DNA of 64,000 bases, from NCBI GenBank assembly GCA_041397765.1, contig JAWKWA010000008.1, positions 94,726-158,725 on the forward strand, given 5' to 3'. This stretch comes from Hyphomicrobiaceae bacterium (GTDB lineage Bacteria > Pseudomonadota > Alphaproteobacteria > Rhizobiales > Hyphomicrobiaceae). The stretch's first letter is position 1. Every line of letters begins with the position of its first letter. The position numbers and the translations under genes were made by a program. Shown piece after piece: positions 18,957 through 29,864 of this stretch. Below the pieces are notes generated by a model, which ran no database searches, was not told the DNA's origin, and saw only the letters and a program-made list of their open reading frames with translations.

Positions 18957-19700
18957 GACGAAGTCAGGAGGCGGTGGGTCGTCGCCGTCTCGGCGCAAGC
19001 GCGCTGAGCCGCGACAGCCGCCCGTGCCGTTCTGACGCTCGAACCCATCCACACCGTCATTCCCGCGAAGGCGGGAATCCAGGGCATCTTTCCGTCTTGC
19101 GTGAGGCGCGGTGTCTGGGTGCCCGCCTTCGCGGGCAGGACGGGGAATGGTTGAGGCCGGCGAGCGCCAGGCGGCTGCGCGGCCGGTGGCTGACGGGGCG
19201 AGGACGGCGTCGGCTGCGGCGACGAAGTCGGGAGGCGGTGGGTCGTCGCCGTCTCGGCGCAATCGCGCTGAGCCGCGACAGCCGCCCGTGCCGTTCTGAC
19301 GCTCGAACCCTTCCACACCGTCATTCCCGCGAAGGCGGGAATCCAGGGCATCTTTCCGTCTTGCGTGAGGCGCGGTGTCTGGGTGCCCGCCTTCGCGGGC
19401 AGGACGGGGAATGGTTGAGGCCGGCGAGCGCCAGGCGGCTGCGCGGCCGGTGGCTGACGGGGCGAGGACGGCGTCGGTTGCGGCGACGAAGTCAGGAGGC
19501 GGTGGGTCGTCGCCGTCTCGGCGCAAGCGCGCTGAGCCGCGACAGCCGCCCGTGCCGTTCTGACGCTCGAACCCATCCACACCGTCATTCCCGCGAAGGC
19601 GGGAATCCAGGACATCTTTCCGTCTTGCGTGAGGCGCTGATCCGGGATGGTTGAGGCCGGCGAGCGCCAGGCGGCTGCGCGGCCGGTGGCAGGAGGACGA
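18957..19700. repeat. 264-bp tandem repeat, about 2.8 copies, each unit carrying two REP hairpins
   Basis: Unit starts at 18957, 19221 and 19485 (period exactly 264 nt). It begins gacgaagtcaggaggcggtgggtcgtcgccgtctcggcgca and contains cattcccgcgaaggcgggaatccag and tgcccgccttcgcgggca. A partial degenerate 4th copy follows to about 19700. Its translation gives the repeated peptide in track ORFs 18806..19654 and 18867..19733. Confidence 0.85.
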
Positions 19701-19799
19701 AGATGGTTGAAGGCGGCGGCGAGCTGACGCCACAGGCAGGCTGCGCGGTGCTGAGGACGGATGCGACAGGGCGAGGACGGCGTCGGCCGGGCCGGTCGT

Positions 19800-20516
19800 T
19801 CAGATGCGTACGAGCGCGACCGGCAGCGTGATCTCGTCGAGGGCCTTGAGATGGGGCGCGACTCTCGGATCGCTGCGCGGTACGCGGCCGGTCAGCCCGC
19901 CGAGCGCTGGATGGGCGTCCTGCCTGACCATCATCACCGGCGCCACGGCCGGATAGAGCTCGCGCCCGCGCGGATTGGCGAAGGTGAGCACGGCGCCACG
20001 GATCATCGTCTCGCCGGGCGGCGCGTGATAGGCGGTGATCATCCGCGCCGAACCGTTGTCGAGAGTGATGAAATGCAGGAAATGCGTGCCGGTCGGCACG
20101 CAGATCACGCCTCTCTGCTCATAGCCCGGATTGCCGTCCTCGAAGACGAGAGCCCGCGCCTCCCCGACCAGCGGATCGTAAGCGGATAGGCCGAGAGCGT
20201 GGCGGCATCCGTGAAGGACGGCCGGAGGCAGGTATAGGCCCCCTCGTAATAGGCGTAGATCTGCCGGTGATAGCCGCCGTAGCGGATGTCGGCGACCTCG
20301 ACGCTCGGGGCGGCCGGTTGGCTGACGGGCTCGCCGCCGAGCCCCAGCACCTCCTCGACGCGCGCGAGGGTCTTTGCCGTGAAGCTGCCCTTCAGGAGGC
20401 GGAACACGGTCGATCTCGCCGAGCAGGGCCTTGTCGGCCAGCATGCGCTGGGTCCATCCGCGCCGGTTCAGCTCGCGCTCGATACGTCGCACGACGTCGA
20501 CCGGTTGCGCGTCCAT
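19800..20516 (-). pseudogene. XRE-type HTH plus cupin domain transcriptional regulator, reading frame switches twice (about 20425 and about 20190)
   Basis: N-terminal piece from ATG at 20516 (MDAQPVDVVRRIERELNRRGWTQRMLADKALLGEIDRV) continues with FRLLKGSFTAKTLARVEEVLGLG... in the frame of track ORF 20105..20407. Diverse cupin-like sequence ...DPLVGEARALVFEDGNPGYEQRGVICVPTGTHFLHFITLDNGSARMITAYHAPPGE... then resumes in the first frame to the stop at 19800. The intervening frame-A text is Arg/Gly/Pro junk. Confidence 0.35.
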
Positions 20517-20788
20517 GGCTCCGCTTCTTCTGGTTCGGATCGGCTGTTCGTTGGGATCGGCCCGCCCGCCCGCTCTCGCCCCCGGGACCGTCGGGACCCG
20601 TCGATTTTCTCCAGTTTCCGCCAGACCCGTCAATCCCCCACGGATTCTGGCCGAACTTGGCCGGCTCCTGACCATGGCCAAAACCCCTGCAATTCCCAGA
20701 TGATGGATGTCGGCAGGCGATGAGCGAGACGTACAGCGCCGGCCGGCGAGGACGAGCCGAGACGATCTCGCCAGAGGGAGACACGTGA

Positions 20789-21139
20789 ATGACCCGCACC
20801 ATGACGACCACAGCCTTCGCCGCCCTTGCCCTGCTCGCCGCCGGTCTCGCCGGCACCCCCGAGGCTGCCGCCGCCAGCCCGAGCTTCTCCTGCAAGGGCC
20901 GCCTCACCGCCACCGAGCGGGCGATCTGCGACAGCCCGGTGCTGTCCAGCCTCGATCGGCAGATGGCGCGCGAATACGCCCACCGCATGGGCTCGTTCCG
21001 AACCTCAGAGGGCCGCTCGAGCCTCAAGGCCGCGCAGCGCGGCTGGCTCGCCACGCGCAATTCCTGCGGCGCCAGCAAGGGCTGCCTCAGGGCCGAGTAC
21101 GAGGATTGGATCTCCCAGCTCGTCGAATGGGACCTGTGA
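20789..21139 (+). CDS. secreted LprI-like (DUF1311 family) protein
   Basis: 116 aa. Signal peptide MTRTMTTTAFAALALLAAGLAGTPEAAAA. Motif pattern C..L...E..ICDSPVLSSLDRQM..Y...............RGWLATRNSC.....C....Y..WI as in lysozyme-inhibitor LprI N-domain proteins. Confidence 0.55.
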   Translation: MTRTMTTTAFAALALLAAGLAGTPEAAAASPSFSCKGRLTATERAICDSPVLSSLDRQMAREYAHRMGSFRTSEGRSSLKAAQRGWLATRNSCGASKGCLRAEYEDWISQLVEWDL

Positions 21140-21463
21140 GGTCGTCGAAGGCGGCCCCTTGCGGCCGCGATGGAATTGCCCGGTGACGCCCGCTCGGCGC
21201 CACCGGGCCCTGGATCGGCGGTGACTTGCGACGACGGGGACGTGGACCGCAGACACGGCCCCGCCGCCGAGGACACCGCCGAACGTGAAGCGCACGGGTG
21301 CCTCGCACACCCGTGCGCTTTCTCTTTTGAGTGGCGGGCGTCTCCTGGGCAAGGAATCGGAGCATGCCCGGCACGGTCGAACCGATTCCAACGCGGTCGG
21401 ACATGCTCTAAGAACCTCCGGGAGATTTCCGCGCGAGCTCTGCCGCGCCAGCCCCGGTGGCCA

Positions 21464-23139
21464 ATGACCCCTCTCGCAACCCCGCTCGACCGGATCGCCT
21501 CCGACTACGACGTCGTCGTCGTCGGCTCGGGCTATGGCGGCGGCGTCACGGCTTCGCGCCTCGCCCGTGCCGGCAAGCGCGTCCTCGTTCTCGAGCGCGG
21601 GCGGGAATACCCGACCGGCAGCTTTCCCTCGAGGCTGACCGAGCTGCGCGCCGAGCTGATGGTGACCGGCGGCCGCTTCGGGGCGGGCTCGCGGCCGGGC
21701 CTCTACGACTTCCGCTTCGGCGAGCACATCCACGTGCTGACGGGCTGCGGCCTCGGCGGCGGCTCGCTCGTCAATGCCGGCGTCGCGCTCCGCCCGGACG
21801 CCCGCGTCTTCGCCGATCCTTCTGCCTTTCCCGCCGAGATCGCCGGCGACGGCCTCATCGAGGAGGGGTTTGCCCGCGCCGCCGCCTGGATCCGCCCGGC
21901 CCGCGATCCCGAGGCCGGCACCACGACCAAGCTCGCCGCCTTCGCCAAGGCCGGCGAGGCGACCATCGGCCGGCCCGATCCCGCTCCCGTTGCCGTCAGC
22001 TTCGCCGATACCGTCAATCCGGCCGGCATCGGCCAGCCGGCCTGCACCCGCTGCGGCGACTGCTGCGGCGGCTGCAATGTCGGCGCCAAGAACACCGTCG
22101 CTCTCAGCTACCTGCCCGACGCGGTCGCCCACGGCGCCGTCATCGCGACGGAGGCCCGTGTCACCCGCCTCGAGCGCATCGGCAGCCGCTGGCACGTGCA
22201 TGTCGAGCCATTCCCCGCCGATCCGAAGGCCGCCGGCAGTTCCTCGGGCCCCATGGCCGTCGCCGCCGACATCGTCGTGCTCGCAGCGGGCACGCTCGGC
22301 TCCACCGAGATCCTGCTCCGGTCGCGCGCCGCTGGCCTTCCCCTGTCGGCCCGCCTCGGCGAAGGCTTCTCGGCGAACGGTGACATCATCGCCTTCGGCT
22401 ACAACGGCCGCGAGCGGGTCAATGCCGTCGGCATCGGCCATCCCCCGAGGGACGGTCTCGATCCGGTCGGCGCCAGCGTCACCGGCCAGATCGAGGTCGC
22501 CGATCCGGCCGATCTCGATCTCGGCATGTGCGTCCAGGAAGGCGTGCTGCCCTCCGCGCTCGGGCCGCTTCTGCCGGTTTCTTCGTGCCGGGCGGCCGTC
22601 TGCTCGGCGCCGCCCATGCCCTCATCAAGGGCGTCTATGACGGCCCGCTCGCCCGCACGCATACCTTCTTCGTCGTCAGCCACGACCGCGCGCGCGGCCG
22701 CATCGTGCTGAAGGGCGACAGGGCCGCCGTCGAATGGCCGGACGTCAATGACGAGCCGGTCTTCGCCCGGGTCGACGCCGCGCTCGAGCGGCTCTGCCGG
22801 GCGACCGGGGCGGCCTATGTGAAGAGCCCCTTGTCGGAAACCCTGATGGGCCGCCGCCCGGCGACTGCCCATCCATTGGGCGGCGCCCGCATGGCCACCG
22901 CTGCCCAGGCCGGCGTCGTCGATCACAAGGGCCGCGTCTTCGCCGGCGAGACCGGCGCGGTGGTTCATCCCGGCCTCTATGTCAGTGACGGATCGGTGCT
23001 GCCGCGTTCGCTCGGCGTCAATCCGCTCTTCACCATCACCGCCCTCACCGAGCGCGCCATGATCCACCTTGCCGAGGACTACCAGCTCCGCTTCGACACG
23101 GGACCACGTCCGCGCCGAACGGAGGCCGCCCATGGCTGA
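21464..23139 (+). pseudogene. GMC-family FAD oxidoreductase (cholesterol oxidase / choline dehydrogenase-like) with a -1 frame shift near 22575
   Basis: N-terminal part (frame of track ORF 21170..22711 from ATG 21464): DYDVVVVGSGYGGGVTASRLARAGKRVLVLERG... C-terminal part (track ORF 22528..23139): ...HPLGGARMATAAQAGVVDHKGRVFAGETGAVVHPGLYVSDGSVLPRSLGVNPLFTITALTERA. The junction lies at ctgccggtttcttc (ttt run). Confidence 0.65.
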
Positions 23140-23441
23140 GCGCAAGGCATCGGCCATGCCTGGCGAGGCCATCGAGACCTTGCACACCGTGCGCGACTGG
23201 TTCCGCTACGCCGTCACGCGCCTGGGCGAGGCCGGCGTCGCCTTCGGCCACGGCACCACCAACGCGGTCGACGAGGCGGCCTATCTGATCCTCGCGACCC
23301 TGAAGCTGCCGATCGACCGTCTCGATCCGTTCCTCGACGCCCGTCTCCTCGAAGCCGAGCGCCGCGCCCTCGCCGAGGTCATCGCCGCCCGCATCGCCAC
23401 CCGCAAGCCCGCCGCCTATCTGACCGGCGAGGCCTATATCG
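23132..23441 (+). pseudogene. prmB: 5' remnant (about 103 codons) of ribosomal protein L3 glutamine methyltransferase PrmB, truncated
   Basis: MAERKAS...AIETLHTVRDWFRYAVTRLGEAGVAFGHGTTNAVDEAAYLILATLKLPIDRLDPFLDARLLEAERRALAEVIAARIATRKPAAYLTGEAYI matches the PrmB N-domain. Downstream, none of the three frames continues the methyltransferase fold; the ORF runs into low-complexity junk to 23596. Confidence 0.55.
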
Positions 23442-23698
23442 GACCACACGCTCAGCCTCCCACCAGGAGTCAGTCCCGGAGAAGGCGCCGGCTCCGCCGG
23501 TCCTCGCGCATGGCCCCGCTGGCGCGCCCGGGGGGAGTGGGCCATGCGCGAGGCCTCGGCTCCGGGAGTCAGCGCCACCCATGTCCCCTGGCCTGATCGC
23601 CACACCCCCTCGCCCCGATTGCGCGCCGGCCCGATCGACTGCCCAAGCCGGCGCCAGGTCCTGTTGCGCTCTGGGGCGCCCTCTCCCCACCATGGCCC

Positions 23699-24109
23699 AT
23701 GATCGTGACCCATACTGAGAACGCCGATGGCCAGCGCCGCGTCTATCTCGGCGGAAAGGCGAGCCTCGAATGCTGGATCGAGCCCAAGGCCGACGGCCGC
23801 ACTTGGACCTTCCACCTGGAAGAAGCCGTCACCGGCAACCGGCTCACCGAGGACGATCGTCGCATCTGGGTGATCCATACCCTGCTGGCGCTCGCCGAGG
23901 CCCTCGCGGTCTCCCCTCGGGATCTGAGCGCCGTGCCCTTCGAAGCCATCGCGGCGCTTCACGTCGCCGATCCCTTCGCCAGCCGCCGGGTCGCCACGCC
24001 ACGCCGGACACCGGTCGAGAACAGCTTCCGTGCAACGCGGCCGGATGTGCGCCGGCCGAGGGAAGACTTCCGGCACCGCGACGACGCGCGGCCACGCTCT
24101 CGCATGTGA
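23699..24109 (+). CDS. hypothetical protein (orphan)
   Basis: 136 aa. The N-terminal 90 aa have balanced composition (MIVTHTENADGQRRVYLGGKASLECWIEPKADGRTWTFHLEEAVTGNRLTEDDRRIWVIHTLLALAEALA...). The C-terminus is Arg-rich. No family recognised. Confidence 0.35.
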   Translation: MIVTHTENADGQRRVYLGGKASLECWIEPKADGRTWTFHLEEAVTGNRLTEDDRRIWVIHTLLALAEALAVSPRDLSAVPFEAIAALHVADPFASRRVATPRRTPVENSFRATRPDVRRPREDFRHRDDARPRSRM

Positions 24110-24146
24110 TACCGCCTCGCGAAACCTCTGACCTTCGCGAGGCGGT

Positions 24147-24247
24147 ATGCGCGCGCGGGGTTGGTGGGGCGGCCGCGCGCAAACAAAGGACAAACCGGCG
24201 CGCATCCAACGCGATCACGAGTCGAAACTCATGCGCGCCGGTATGAG
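24147..24247. repeat. about 100-nt structured repeat element, copy 1 (two conserved stem-loops); second copy at 51392..51498
   Basis: gcgcgcgg-N14-ccgcgcgc, then aaacaaagga, then accggcgcgcat-N31-atgcgcgccggt (12-bp perfect inverted repeat). About 90% identical to 51392..51498. Both copies lie between convergent genes. Confidence 0.6.
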
Positions 24248-24322
24248 CCGCACCGTCCGGCTCCGCGCGGCGCCCGGCGATGCTGCGGAACCGATTCCAG
24301 CCAGGTCGGACAGCCTGCTGGC

Positions 24323-24616
24323 TCAGCCCAGATCGCCCGCGACGATGATCAGGTCGCGGCCCGCCGATTTGATCGCGAACACCTTCGCCTCCGCATAGGC
24401 CGGATCGTCGTAGCAGGCCTTGGCCGCCTCGAGCGAGGGGAACTCCACGATGGTGACCCGGACGCCGGTGCGCGTCTCCTTCAGCACCGGCGAGATATTG
24501 GCCGGATTGACCTTTGCCTGATACTTCTCCGCGATCGGCTTCCACAGCCGGACATATTCGTTGCGTGCCGCCTCGTCGCCGATCGCATCTGCGACGATCA
24601 CCCAATAGCCCTTCAT
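24323..24616 (-). CDS. DUF1330 domain protein
   Basis: 97 aa. MKGYWVIVADAIGDEAARNEYVRLWKPIAEKY...VEFPSLEAAKACYDDPAYAEA is typical DUF1330. Confidence 0.8.
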   Translation of the reverse strand: MKGYWVIVADAIGDEAARNEYVRLWKPIAEKYQAKVNPANISPVLKETRTGVRVTIVEFPSLEAAKACYDDPAYAEAKVFAIKSAGRDLIIVAGDLG

Positions 24617-24668
24617 CGCCTTCCCCCGGCTGCTGTGCTCCGCCCGCCCCGCGACGGGCGTGCGATCC

Positions 24669-25814
24669 CTATTCGCCCCGCCCCTCGAAGAAGCTCGCCA
24701 CCTTGGCGAAGAACCCGGTCGATTCCGGGCTCGTGTCCTTGCCCGAGGCCTTCTCGAACTCCTCGAGCAGCTCGCGCTGGCGCCGGGTGAGGTTCTTCGG
24801 CGTCTCGACCTCGACCTGGATATACATGTCGCCCGTCGACTTCGAGCGCAGAACCGGCATGCCCTTGTTCTTCAGCCGGAATTGCTTGCCGGTCTCGGTG
24901 CCCTCGGGGATCTTCACCCGCGTCCGCCCGCCGTCGAGCGTCGGCACCTCGACCGATCCGCCGAGTGCCGCCGACACCATCGAGATCGGTACGCGGCAGA
25001 AGATATCGGCGCCGTCGCGCTGGAAGAACTCGTGCGGCCTGATCGACAGGAAGATGTAGAGATCGCCCGGGTGTCCGCCCCGCAGGCCCGCCTCGCCTTC
25101 GCCGGCGAGACGAATGCGCGTGCCGTCCTCGACGCCGGCCGGGATGTTCACCGACAGCGTCCGCTCCTTGGTGACGCGGCCGGTTCCCGAACAGACCCCG
25201 CAGGGATTGGTGATCACCTCGCCGCGGCCCTGGCACGTCGGACAGGTCCGCTCGATGGTGAAGAAGCCCTGGCTCGCCCGGACCTTGCCCTGGCCGTGGC
25301 AGGTCGAGCAGGTGCTCGGCTGGGTGCCGGCCTTGGCTCCCGTGCCGCTGCAGGCCTCGCATTGCACGCTGGTCGGCACGCGGATTTGCGCCGTCTTGCC
25401 CTCAAAGGCCTCGCCGAGGGTGATCTCCATATTGTAGCGCAGATCGTCGCCGCGCTCGCGCGCGCTCCGCCGGCCGCCCCCACCCCCGCCGCGCCGCCCG
25501 CCCATGGCGCCGAACAGGTCGTCGAAGATGTCGGACATCGACATCCCGAAATCGGGACCGAAGCCGCCGCCGCCACCGCCCATTCCGCCCTCGAAGGCGG
25601 CGTGACCGAACTGGTCGTAGGCCGCGCGCTTCTGGGCGTCGGACAGCGTCTGATAGGCCTCGTTCAGCTCCTTGAAGCGCGAATCGGCTTCGCTGTCGCC
25701 GGGATTGCGGTCCGGATGGTACTGCTTGGCGAGCTTGCGGAAGGCGTTCTTGATGTCCTGGTCGCTCGCCCCGCGCGAAAGCCCCAGCACCTCGTAATAG
25801 TCACGCTTGGCCAT
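24669..25814 (-). CDS. dnaJ: molecular chaperone DnaJ
   Basis: [37 protein letters not shown] (J domain), a G/F-rich region, and four CxxCxGxG zinc-finger repeats. Start at cat 25812-25814. Confidence 0.95.
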   Translation of the reverse strand: MAKRDYYEVLGLSRGASDQDIKNAFRKLAKQYHPDRNPGDSEADSRFKELNEAYQTLSDAQKRAAYDQFGHAAFEGGMGGGGGGFGPDFGMSMSDIFDDLFGAMGGRRGGGGGGRRSARERGDDLRYNMEITLGEAFEGKTAQIRVPTSVQCEACSGTGAKAGTQPSTCSTCHGQGKVRASQGFFTIERTCPTCQGRGEVITNPCGVCSGTGRVTKERTLSVNIPAGVEDGTRIRLAGEGEAGLRGGHPGDLYIFLSIRPHEFFQRDGADIFCRVPISMVSAALGGSVEVPTLDGGRTRVKIPEGTETGKQFRLKNKGMPVLRSKSTGDMYIQVEVETPKNLTRRQRELLEEFEKASGKDTSPESTGFFAKVASFFEGRGE

Positions 25815-26114
25815 GGGCCGTGCCTCACTCCCGTATCGGCATTCCAGGCTCCGACCGTCGCCCGGCTCCGCCCGGTTCCCGGGCAGCGCCTCACGCCTTG
25901 GGTTCGCCTGCACCCTCGCCGGTTACTCAACTGCGCTCGAGCTCCCGCCACAGGGTCGCGAGGCGGACAGGAGGCAGGCGGGAAACCGGTCGGGGCCCGA
26001 AAGCGTACGGATTCTACGCCTCGAAATGCGAGATGCCTCCCCGCGGCCCTTCAATCGGTAAGATCGTCGGGGTTTTTAGGGAGGCATCCCGTTCACGTCC
26101 AGAAATCAGTTGGA

Positions 26115-28022
<1,908 letters not shown>

Positions 28023-28222
28023 GATGTCGAAATTCCTTTCATTGCGGCGAACTGCCCGGGCCCAATCGGCACCCGGTCATCTGGCGCCCACCTGCCGACG
28101 CCGGAACAGTCCCCATCAAGAGCCATGAATCAGGTATTCCTAGGCCTATATAAGAGTGCCCCCTGGGCACTGCAATGGGCATGGGGTGCTGGACGGGCGG
28201 TCGAACGGGGCATCCACGAGAG

Positions 28223-28861
28223 ATGGGAAAGCTCGAGATGAACGGATCGGCGCCCGACGGCTCATATGGGAACGGCGCGCCCTGGCGGAAGGCCCTGCGG
28301 CGGTTTGCCGGCCGCGGCGCGCCCTCTCCCGCCCGGCCGCAACGGCAGGATGCGGGGCCGGGGCGCGCGCTCCGCGGCTTGGTCGGCGGGCTGCTCCTGA
28401 TGGCGCTCGCAACTCCGGCCGAGGCGCTCGACGCGACGCCGCTGAAGGCCGGTTTCGTCGAGGAGGTCGCCATCGGCGAGCCCCCGGTCTGGCTTTCCGC
28501 CAAGCTCGATACCGGCGCCGAGACGAGCGCGATCCATGCCCCCGTCTATGCCATCATCGCCCATGACGGCGTCGAATATGCCCGCTTCCGCCTGCTGACC
28601 GACGATTGGCGGCTTCTGAATGTCGAGCGCCCGGTGCTGCGCCGCGCCACCATCCTGAAGGCTGGCGCCGCGCCCGAGGAGCGGCCGGTGGTCGCCTTGC
28701 CGGTCTGTATCGGCGGCGTTCGCGCCGAGGCCGAGTTCACCCTTGCCGACCGCACCGGTCTGAAGCACAAGGTTCTGATCGGGCGCAGCTTTCTGGCCGG
28801 CCGCGTGATCGTCGACGCCGGCCGCACCGGGCTCGTCAAAGGTGGCTGCGGGACACCGTGA
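28223..28861 (+). CDS. retropepsin-like aspartic protease domain protein (RimK-associated / putative ATP-dependent zinc protease family, COG4067-like)
   Basis: Signal/TM LRGLVGGLLLMALATPAEA, then ...VWLSAKLDTGAETSAIHA... (D-T-G-A catalytic motif), ...KHKVLIGRSFLAGRVIVDAGRT. Start is uncertain (ATG 28223 or 28238). Confidence 0.55.
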   Translation: MGKLEMNGSAPDGSYGNGAPWRKALRRFAGRGAPSPARPQRQDAGPGRALRGLVGGLLLMALATPAEALDATPLKAGFVEEVAIGEPPVWLSAKLDTGAETSAIHAPVYAIIAHDGVEYARFRLLTDDWRLLNVERPVLRRATILKAGAAPEERPVVALPVCIGGVRAEAEFTLADRTGLKHKVLIGRSFLAGRVIVDAGRTGLVKGGCGTP

Positions 28862-28933
28862 CGGCCCCGGCCGGCCCTGCGGCGATGCCGCGCCCGGGTT
28901 CCATGGGGTTGCGGGTAGCGAGGAGCCGCGCGT

Positions 28934-29533
28934 GTGCTTGACGGGTTCCGCCATCTCCCCGGCCATCTGGACCGTCCGGCTCAGAATGCCCTCGCCACCG
29001 CCATCCGTGAGGTGATTGCCAAGGCCCCGCTCTACCGGCCTGCCATGCCGCGCACCGGCAAGCCGCTGTCGGTCGAGATGACCAATTGCGGACCGCTCGG
29101 CTGGGTCACCGACAAGGCCGGCGGTTATCGCTATCAGCCGCATCACCCCCTCACGGGCCGGCCCTGGCCGCCGATCCCCGAGCAGCTTCTCGCCCTCTGG
29201 CGGGAGCTGTCCGGCCATGGCGGCCCGCCGGAGGCCTGCCTTGTCAATTTCTATGCCGGCGGCGCCCGGCTCGGCCTCCACCAGGACCGCGACGAGAGGG
29301 ATTTCGCCGCACCCGTCCTGTCCGTCTCGCTCGGCGACGATGCCGTCTTCGCGGTCGGGGGTCTGAAGCGTAGCGATCCGAAGGAGCGCATCACGCTGCG
29401 CTCGGGCGATGTCGTGATTCTCGGCGGGGCCAGCCGCCTCGCCTTCCACGGCATCGAGAAGGTGCTGCCAGGCACCTCGGACCTCTGGCCCGGCGGCGGC
29501 CGCATCAACCTGACGCTCCGCGTCGTCGGGTAG
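28934..29533 (+). CDS. alkB: alpha-ketoglutarate/Fe(II)-dependent dioxygenase AlkB (alkylated DNA repair)
   Basis: GTG start with aggag RBS. ...LVNFYAGGARLGLHQDRDE...PVLSVSLGDDAVF...LRSGDVVILGGASRLAFHGI... has the HxD...H 2OG-oxygenase motifs of AlkB. Confidence 0.85.
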   Translation: MLDGFRHLPGHLDRPAQNALATAIREVIAKAPLYRPAMPRTGKPLSVEMTNCGPLGWVTDKAGGYRYQPHHPLTGRPWPPIPEQLLALWRELSGHGGPPEACLVNFYAGGARLGLHQDRDERDFAAPVLSVSLGDDAVFAVGGLKRSDPKERITLRSGDVVILGGASRLAFHGIEKVLPGTSDLWPGGGRINLTLRVVG

Positions 29534-29864
29534 AGCGCAACGCCATTCGAGACCGGCAGTGCGAGACCGGCCATTCGCGGACGGCAATTCGAGAAAAGTA
29601 ATTATGCCGGGCCGGGCGGCCTGCCACGCCGTGTCCTTGATTGGGTGGTTCACGGGGGATTGCCGAAGCGGGCAGCCCGAGGATCATGATTTGCCAAACG
29701 TGAACGCTTTGACCGTAACGTGCCGTCCGTTGATCGGCCGACCTCATCGGCGGCCGGACCCGGCTCGAACCCTGGTATCGCGTATCGTGACCTGCCGTTC
29801 TCTCGCTTCCCAGTCGGTCGCTCGTCCGGCCGCCTGCCGCCGCGCATCGACCGATGCTGCCTTC

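Noticed and set aside
16961-19615. 884-aa minus-strand ORF spanning lepA and the tandem array, with thrice-repeated peptide
   Set aside because: It is antisense/out-of-frame to lepA and its repeated peptide is just translation of the 264-bp DNA tandem repeat. Composition is Arg/Pro/Ala-rich, typical of high-GC artefacts.
18957-19700. Possible CRISPR array
   Set aside because: The repeat unit is 264 bp with no unique spacers of 30-40 bp between short repeats. No cas genes are present. It is a tandem duplication, not CRISPR.
18806-19733. 282-aa and 288-aa ORFs on both strands encoding repeated ...HSREGGNPGHLSVLRE... / ...LDSRLRGNDGV... peptides
   Set aside because: These are pure translations of the REP-containing tandem DNA repeat in two orientations, not genes.
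20105-20407. 100-aa ORF MFRLLKGSF... as an independent small gene
   Set aside because: Its sequence is the middle, frame-shifted piece of the HTH-cupin regulator (continues the HTH after ...LGEIDRV and precedes the cupin domain). It begins with GTG not ATG and has no RBS.
21005-22441. 478-aa minus-strand ORF opposite the GMC oxidoreductase
   Set aside because: Antisense artefact, Ala/Gly/Arg-rich. The plus-strand GMC homology is unambiguous.
28040-28130. Sigma-32 (RpoH) promoter for dnaK
   Set aside because: I looked for CTTG-N16-18-CCCCAT/CCTATAT on the minus strand. Only a cttgat without a matching -10 was seen, so I am not calling a promoter.
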